Assembly: GCA_947461495.1 (NCBI GenBank)
Contig: CANHLV010000001.1
Location: forward strand, 1-43,801
Source of the DNA: Chitinophagaceae bacterium
GTDB lineage: Bacteria > Bacteroidota > Bacteroidia > Chitinophagales > Chitinophagaceae
DNA: 43,801 bases
Direction: 5' to 3'
In this document: in pieces, positions 38,647 to 43,801 of the stretch
How positions within the stretch are numbered: position 1 is the first letter of the stretch
Layout of the letters: every line of letters starts with the position of its first letter
Translations under genes and position numbers: made by a program
The notes under the pieces: generated by a model
Databases searched by the model: none
What the model was told of the DNA's origin: nothing
What the model saw: the letters and a program-made list of their open reading frames with translations, nothing else

Positions 38647-39288
38647 TTACCCCAACATCATCTCCAACCCCGATACCGATTTCACTTTCCGTGCTGTTAA
38701 TTTTTTGATCTCAAGCCTCTTGCTTTTTATTTCGATGCCCGGTTCTAAATAAAAGCCCATATAAGGTCCGTTAATGATAAAATGTGAAGCATTCACGATA
38801 TTCAATAATTCATTGTTGATGCAGAAATAATAAAATTCATTCATCTTGATTATCGATATTTTAAGAAATGGACTTGATTTGAGAGTGGTTAAACCTCTGC
38901 ATTGGCTTCTGTAAAATACTTGTTTGTGATCTTTTTCGAAACTCATCATCAACGATCTTTCACCGTCTGCAGAAACAGTAAATTTATTTATAGTATGGGG
39001 TGTTTTGTCAAAGCCCCAAACCAACCCAAAATGTCCAAATTGATCTTTGCTCAATAATTCAATTTCGGTTTCTAACAGAAAGTCTTCTTTTAATTTTAAT
39101 GGAGATCTTGCTTTATAATAATGCCAGTTGAAATCGGATTTGTTTTTCATGGTGTAATTGCCATCTTGAATAATTGCTGTTTCATTTTTACTTTCAATTA
39201 TTTCCCATTTGCGTTTGTTGTTGTTAAATGTTTCATGAACTGCGGAATAAATTTTATCAACACGAAACAGCTGCGGAATGATATGCAT
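38647..39288 (-). CDS. Hypothetical cytoplasmic beta-sandwich (ConA/LamG-like) protein
   Basis: 'F.NN...W...DF.LETEI...FGLVWG...ISIIK....YYF.IN' resembles lectin-like domains; no signal peptide; ATG 39288 lies just after a -7-like box. Confidence 0.6.
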   Translation of the reverse strand: MHIIPQLFRVDKIYSAVHETFNNNKRKWEIIESKNETAIIQDGNYTMKNKSDFNWHYYKARSPLKLKEDFLLETEIELLSKDQFGHFGLVWGFDKTPHTINKFTVSADGERSLMMSFEKDHKQVFYRSQCRGLTTLKSSPFLKISIIKMNEFYYFCINNELLNIVNASHFIINGPYMGFYLEPGIEIKSKRLEIKKLTARKVKSVSGLEMMLG

Positions 39289-39305
39289 TTGAAAATTGAT
39301 TTGAG

Positions 39306-39393
39306 CAAAGATTGCATACTGCCACCTCATTCTATTTGAGGTCATAAATATTATGACACCGCAAATAGAATGAGGACTGTACAAATATTTTTG
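39306..39393. promoter_or_regulatory. Divergent promoter with two inverted 17-bp operator boxes
   Basis: CCTCATTCTATTTGAGG (39325-39341) and CCGCAAATAGAATGAGG (39359-39375) are 16/17 reverse complements; -7-like boxes AATCTTTG (minus, 39306-39313) and TATTTTTG (plus, 39386-39393). Confidence 0.75.
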
Positions 39394-39416
39394 TGTTGTA
39401 CTTAAAAAAATAGATC

Positions 39417-39644
39417 ATGACACAAGAAAATTTCAATTCGCCATTCATTCAAAAATTAGCAGCTAATTTTTTTGAAACTCAACGCAAGTATATTGAAGAT
39501 GTAATGAAAATTAAAAAGCTGATGGATAAGTCGAAACTCGGTATTTTAAGTGAGCAGTTGTTTCAGATTCTAAAGCAAAAATATCCTGTTGAATACCATT
39601 GTTTGCAAATGGAAAAAAATAAAGGACCAATGAATGTAATTTGA
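39417..39644 (+). CDS. Small helical hypothetical protein (75 aa)
   Basis: Fills the gap between neighbours, has an A-rich leader and an upstream TAnnTTTG; no family recognised. Confidence 0.6.
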   Translation: MTQENFNSPFIQKLAANFFETQRKYIEDVMKIKKLMDKSKLGILSEQLFQILKQKYPVEYHCLQMEKNKGPMNVI

Positions 39645-39650
39645 AATAAA

Positions 39651-40388
39651 TCATATCATTTCAATTACAATTCTATCACCTGTTATGTGCTTTATTTTCA
39701 CTTCTATAGACTGTTGTAGATCAATTTCTTTATTTTTTATTTTATTTGAAATCATGTCATCTAGCTGCAATTTAGCCTCCAACATACTTTCTGATAAAAT
39801 AACAAAAACGCCATAAGGGGTAATTTTATTTACAAGCGCCGAAACGATTTCTTCATTTTTAAATTGCTTTACAGCTGTTTTAAAACCCGGAACATAATTG
39901 TGGTTATAGAGTTCTGCTGCAATCTTATCAGTTTTATCAAGGTTCAACAATTTGAAACTGATTGGTTTTTCGGTTGTGGTAATTTCAGGTTTAATCTCAA
40001 ACCTGGAAAATTGTAAAGGAAAAAAAAGGTAGCTGTCAATTTCTTTTATGAAATATTTTTCATCAACAATTTTAATATAACCAAGAAATTTATTGATGGT
40101 TTTTGCCTTCTCTATCAGCACTTCAAGCGAATTATTAAATTCATACAAAACATGATCTGCAAAAAAAACATTTGCACTTGACTTCTTGATTACAAACTTT
40201 ACATTGTCTCCTACAAGAAAGCGATGTGGTTTTTTGATGAGTTTTAGTTGCACATATTTTTGCTGTTGTTTTTCATCGATTATCGCTTGAATATTTTTTA
40301 GCTTATTTTGATTAATATATTCGATGGTGGCTTTTTGCTTTTCATTATTGATATAGGTTATTTTACCTCTGAAATATTTTTCTGACAT
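39651..40388 (-). CDS. Tandem OB-fold (cold-shock-like and S1-like) nucleic-acid-binding protein
   Basis: GKITYIN.EK..ATIEY...FLVGDNVKF (CSD-like) and ALVNKITPYGVFV.L...IEVKIKHIT..RI.I (S1-like). Confidence 0.6.
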   Translation of the reverse strand: MSEKYFRGKITYINNEKQKATIEYINQNKLKNIQAIIDEKQQQKYVQLKLIKKPHRFLVGDNVKFVIKKSSANVFFADHVLYEFNNSLEVLIEKAKTINKFLGYIKIVDEKYFIKEIDSYLFFPLQFSRFEIKPEITTTEKPISFKLLNLDKTDKIAAELYNHNYVPGFKTAVKQFKNEEIVSALVNKITPYGVFVILSESMLEAKLQLDDMISNKIKNKEIDLQQSIEVKIKHITGDRIVIEMI

Positions 40389-40521
40389 GTGAATTTGCTC
40401 TTTTTTCTGAAAGGATAGTTAATGGAATGACACGAGTCGTAAAGACCCAAACTTATACAAAGATGATTTTTTATTTTATCATTTCAGAAGATAATTGAGA
40501 TTCATTTTATGCTGACTCAGT

Positions 40522-40899
40522 CTAAGGAATAGGAAGTGAAGTTTGTAACTCAATTAAGGGATCCCAGAATATATTTTTAAAATCTACAACCGTATCGTTT
40601 TTTACTTCAACGCCATCTTTTTTTAAAAGTTCTTCCATTAAAGTAGGGGTGGCAAAATGAGCTTTTCCAGTTAACATGCCGTTTCTGTTTACTACACGCT
40701 GAGCCGGAACTTTCATTTGTGCGTTATGAGATGCATTCATTGCCCAGCCTACCATTCGCGCACTAAGTTTTGTGCCAAGATAATTGGCAATAGCTCCATA
40801 TGTAGACACACGACCTTTCGGTATTTGACGAACGACATCAAAAACGTCTTCAAAAAAACTGAATTCTTTTACAACCGTTGGTTTTATTTTTGATGGCAT
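40522..40899 (-). CDS. Alkyltransferase-like (ATL / MGMT DNA-binding domain) protein
   Basis: VRQIPKGRVSTYGAIA...ARMVGWAM...VPAQRVVN; no acceptor Cys. Confidence 0.9.
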   Translation of the reverse strand: MPSKIKPTVVKEFSFFEDVFDVVRQIPKGRVSTYGAIANYLGTKLSARMVGWAMNASHNAQMKVPAQRVVNRNGMLTGKAHFATPTLMEELLKKDGVEVKNDTVVDFKNIFWDPLIELQTSLPIP

Positions 40900-41078
40900 G
40901 GTTGATTTTCTCTAAGTAAACTTCTTTTAGGTTCGGGAACGGCTTCATAATTGTAAGGACAATGTTTACAACCATTACCACAGCAGAAACCTTTCTCAAG
41001 ATGATATTTTTCAGTTAGTACCATGAAGCCTTCTTCATTGTAATAAAAATCTTTCCCTTCAATAAGCTTGTTGTTCAT
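40884..41078 (-). CDS. DUF5522 Cys-rich small protein
   Basis: DFYYN..G.MVLTEKYHL.KG.CCGNGCKHCPY. Confidence 0.85.
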   Translation of the reverse strand: MNNKLIEGKDFYYNEEGFMVLTEKYHLEKGFCCGNGCKHCPYNYEAVPEPKRSLLRENQPCHQK

Positions 41079-41102
41079 GTTCTATTTACAAATGAATACA
41101 AA

Positions 41103-41810
41103 TTAACTCTCTCTTTGTTCAGTTTGTTTCAATATTTCATGTAAAATATTGTCTTGATCTGCAATGGTTTCAGGTAATGAAAATTGAAGGTAAAATATTT
41201 TCTTACTTCCAGCTATATCTAGCTTTTCATAATGAGTTTTGATGGTAAGCCGCTCATCTATAACAGATTGGCCGTATACATCATCGCAGGAATTATGAAC
41301 GATGAGTCCGTATAATTCTATAACCTTTAAGGTGAAATTATATAAATCGGGAGAGTCCGTTTTTAAATGAATGCTTCCATTTTTAGCTAGTATTTTTTGG
41401 TAAAGCCGCAAAAATCTTGGATGTGTGAGTCTTTTCTTAGCGCGTGATGTTCTCAATTGAGGGTCGGGAAAAGTAATCCAGATTTCATTTACTTCTTCAG
41501 CAGAAAAATAATCAGTTAAAATTTCAATTTGAGTTCTGAGAAACTTTGCATTAGGCAACGGAAACTCCAGTGCTTTCTTGGCGCCTAAATACATGCGATT
41601 GCCTTTTACATCTACACCGATAAAATTTTGTTCAGGAAATAATTCAGCAAGACCTACAGTATATTCTCCTCTGCCGCAGGCAAGTTCCAATATGATGGGA
41701 TGGTTATTTGAAAAAATCTTGTGCCATGTTCCGGCCATATCTTTTGGATATTCAAAAACATTTTCAAATGCCTTGATTTGCGAAAAACGAAGTAATTTTT
41801 TTTGTCCCAT
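41103..41810 (-). CDS. trmB: tRNA (guanine-N7)-methyltransferase
   Basis: LELACGRGEY, NFIGVD.KG.R, IWITFPDP, KKRLT, HLKTD, T.YE. Confidence 0.96.
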   Translation of the reverse strand: MGQKKLLRFSQIKAFENVFEYPKDMAGTWHKIFSNNHPIILELACGRGEYTVGLAELFPEQNFIGVDVKGNRMYLGAKKALEFPLPNAKFLRTQIEILTDYFSAEEVNEIWITFPDPQLRTSRAKKRLTHPRFLRLYQKILAKNGSIHLKTDSPDLYNFTLKVIELYGLIVHNSCDDVYGQSVIDERLTIKTHYEKLDIAGSKKIFYLQFSLPETIADQDNILHEILKQTEQRES

Positions 41811-42050
41811 TTCGAGAACAAATTTAGAAGAAAAAAAGTGGAATTGAATTGTTTAAATTATTTATGTCGTAATGAAAGATAGTCATTATACTCTTATTAT
41901 TTTAATCCGTATAAAAAGGATGACGTGAAAATATATTTTTCAAAATTGAGGTTATTTTTTTAATCAATGTAAATTCGTAAATTGATATCTGATTAAAACG
42001 GTTCATTATGAAATAGCCATAAGAGAAAATCTTAAACCAACCGAGAATGA

Positions 42051-42070
42051 CTTGTCCCGAAATCTCGGGG
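42051..42070 (-). repeat. 20-bp REP-like hairpin, second copy
   Basis: Reverse complement CCCCGAGATTTCGGGACAAG matches 18635-18654 at 19/20. Confidence 0.75.
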
Positions 42071-42140
42071 ATAATAAAGGCTATACCATGTGACAAAAAT
42101 TTAAAAAATACTATATTAACACATAAAAATTAATAAAATT

Positions 42141-42587
42141 ATGAAAGCGATTCATTTACTTGGTGTATTCATTGTTTTTATACTGCTCGTTTCTTGTAAA
42201 AAAGAAAATAACAATAATAATTCTATTCAGAACCAAATTCAAACAAGTGTCCAAAGTGGTACTTGGAGGGTTACAAAATACATAGATTCGGGTGTTGATG
42301 AAACAAATTACTTTTCCGGTTATGGTTTCACTTTTGGATCCAATGGAATTTTGTCTGTTGCATCTGGTGCCTCTAATTATTCTGGAACATGGGTAATTAC
42401 AGATAGTAACAGCAATGATGATACTCAAAATGATTTAGACTTTATAATTTCTTTTCCGGTAGGAGGTTATCTTGAAAGTCTGAATAGCGACTGGAATTTT
42501 ATTTCACAATCTTCTGTAAAAATTGAGCTTATAGACGTGAGTGGCGGCGGTGGCGGAACAGACTATCTCACTTTTGAAAAAAACTAA
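42141..42587 (+). CDS. Lipoprotein, lipocalin-like beta-barrel
   Basis: Lipobox LVSC-KK; 'GTWRVT.Y...FTF.SNG...GTW...L...W'. Confidence 0.75.
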   Translation: MKAIHLLGVFIVFILLVSCKKENNNNNSIQNQIQTSVQSGTWRVTKYIDSGVDETNYFSGYGFTFGSNGILSVASGASNYSGTWVITDSNSNDDTQNDLDFIISFPVGGYLESLNSDWNFISQSSVKIELIDVSGGGGGTDYLTFEKN

Positions 42588-42787
42588 AGACTCCGATTTT
42601 TTAACTGTCAACAAAAAATTGTTGCAGTATTAAACAGTTGACCTAACTATCATTCAAAAATACTCAACCTAAATTTCAATAAGTTTATACCACATTATGT
42701 TCTTTTTAAAAAAAAGGTATCTGTAATAGAAAGTAAAAATTTTAAAATAGAAATCAACAATTTTGAATTTCCTAAGTTCAATTAAAA

Positions 42788-43165
42788 ATGAAACATTTCT
42801 CCTTTCTTGTTTTAACATTGCTTTCGTTTCAAATTGCATCAGCGCAAAAAATAAAAATTAAATTGTACAACAACACAGGATATGATCTTGATTCTGTGAT
42901 GATAGTAGATAAATTTGTTGGAAAAATTGAGAAAGGTGAAGTTGCGATCGTGTTATATAACAAACAACTCATCATGCAAGGAGATGTTCCATTCCGTCGT
43001 CCGATTGCAATTATAAAAAATAAGAAAGCTGTCAAAGTTATGTTGGGTTGCAGCACAAAAACAAAAAAAATAAATTCCGGGTCCTTAGAATTAGACATTA
43101 ATTTTTACGAGGCTAATGAGGGATTTAGACTTTATTGGCAACGACATCTTGATACACTCAACTAA
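42788..43165 (+). CDS. Hypothetical secreted protein
   Basis: Signal MKHFSFLVLTLLSFQIASAQ; N.TGYDLDSV. Confidence 0.7.
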   Translation: MKHFSFLVLTLLSFQIASAQKIKIKLYNNTGYDLDSVMIVDKFVGKIEKGEVAIVLYNKQLIMQGDVPFRRPIAIIKNKKAVKVMLGCSTKTKKINSGSLELDINFYEANEGFRLYWQRHLDTLN

Positions 43166-43175
43166 AAATAATTTT

Positions 43176-43801
43176 ATGAGACTTTTACTTGTCCTATCAA
43201 TTTTCTTTATATCCTGTACTAAATATTCCAAGACCGAAAATCCAACTGCATACCGACAAATCAAAACCATCAGCTATAATAATACCAGTGTTGATGTTGT
43301 AATTGATAAGCCGGCATTAAATGATTTAGATGTTTTGATTGTTTATCATGGTACGGTTCTTTACGACATGTTTAGTCTTACAGCGGCAAATACTACATTA
43401 GACAGCTTTAAAAATATTCTCGACAGAAAAGACATGATGTTGGTAAGTGTGGCTTATCCCGGAGAAAATCTATTGTTTGGTGATAATATTTTACAAGCCG
43501 AAGCTGCTTTGTTATGGGTAAAAAATTCTGCTGCAAGAGAGCTCGGTATTACCGTAAAAAAGGTTTTCCTGGGTGGTCATTCACAAGGTGGCTATTTGGT
43601 AACACGATTGAACACGATGCACCAAACCAATGGTGTGATTGCAAATGCACCCGGACCTTTGAATCTAGTTTATAGATGCCAACTTGAAGAAAACGGCCAG
43701 ATCGCATCGGGCGTTACTTGTGATAAACTTAGAAACACTTATGGCACAACAACCGTCAATCCCAATGCATATTTTCAAAGGTCCTTACTAAATTTCACAA
43801 A
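43176..43801 (+). CDS. Alpha/beta hydrolase lipoprotein (3' truncated by the window edge; absent from the ORF track)
   Basis: MRLLLVLSIFFISC lipobox, VLIVYHG, in-frame nucleophile elbow LGGHSQGG at ~43569-43592. Confidence 0.85.
   Translation, partial: MRLLLVLSIFFISCTKYSKTENPTAYRQIKTISYNNTSVDVVIDKPALNDLDVLIVYHGTVLYDMFSLTAANTTLDSFKNILDRKDMMLVSVAYPGENLLFGDNILQAEAALLWVKNSAARELGITVKKVFLGGHSQGGYLVTRLNTMHQTNGVIANAPGPLNLVYRCQLEENGQIASGVTCDKLRNTYGTTTVNPNAYFQRSLLNFT

Noticed and set aside
39289-39384. 32-aa N-terminal extension of ORF 38647..39384
   Set aside because: It runs through the operator and promoter palindromes; ATG 39288 downstream of the -7-like box is more plausible.
41902-42096. 64-aa minus-strand ORF between trmB and the lipoprotein gene
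   Set aside because: No recognisable features, and it spans a REP-like hairpin in a divergent promoter region; probably non-coding.
1278-43098. Numerous antisense or nested ORFs in the track (e.g. 4205-4588, 11453-11839, 16513-16968, 19066-19521, 30468-30959, 37450-37902)
   Set aside because: They are shadows of well-supported genes on the other strand or frame and show no motifs of their own.

Overview
AT-rich Bacteroidota chromosome segment, probably Chitinophagaceae-like: it carries a T9SS cargo gene, gldC, DUF4290-murA and TAnnTTTG promoters. (1) About 0.2-15.3 kb is an accessory tract of almost entirely minus-strand genes: T9SS cargo, DUF4256, GH125, a stand-alone SLOG/DprA-like protein, secreted hypotheticals, a TM2-DUF2752-DUF4870-M48 operon, a GNAT, a HAMP adenylate cyclase and an aldo/keto reductase. 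It is punctuated by co-oriented REP-like hairpins, direct repeats and a 34-bp palindrome. (2) About 15.6-37.4 kb is mostly housekeeping: gmk, CNNM/hemolysin, gldC, yqeY, cvpA, nadK, a two-component pair, yjjG-like, psd, cdsA, serS, cyclophilin, gcvH, murA. (3) About 37.4-41.1 kb holds an HTH-WYL-WCX regulator next to a divergent pair of unknown genes. Their shared promoter region contains two inverted CC(T/G)CA-N7-TGAGG boxes placed symmetrically upstream of the two -7 elements. A tandem OB-fold gene and a Cys-less alkyltransferase-like gene lie alongside. This candidate WYL-activated nucleic-acid stress or defence module is the best lead for a new system. (4) trmB and secreted or lipoprotein genes run to the end. 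No rRNA, tRNA, CRISPR array, transposase or integrase was recognised. All family calls are from motif recognition, not database searches.
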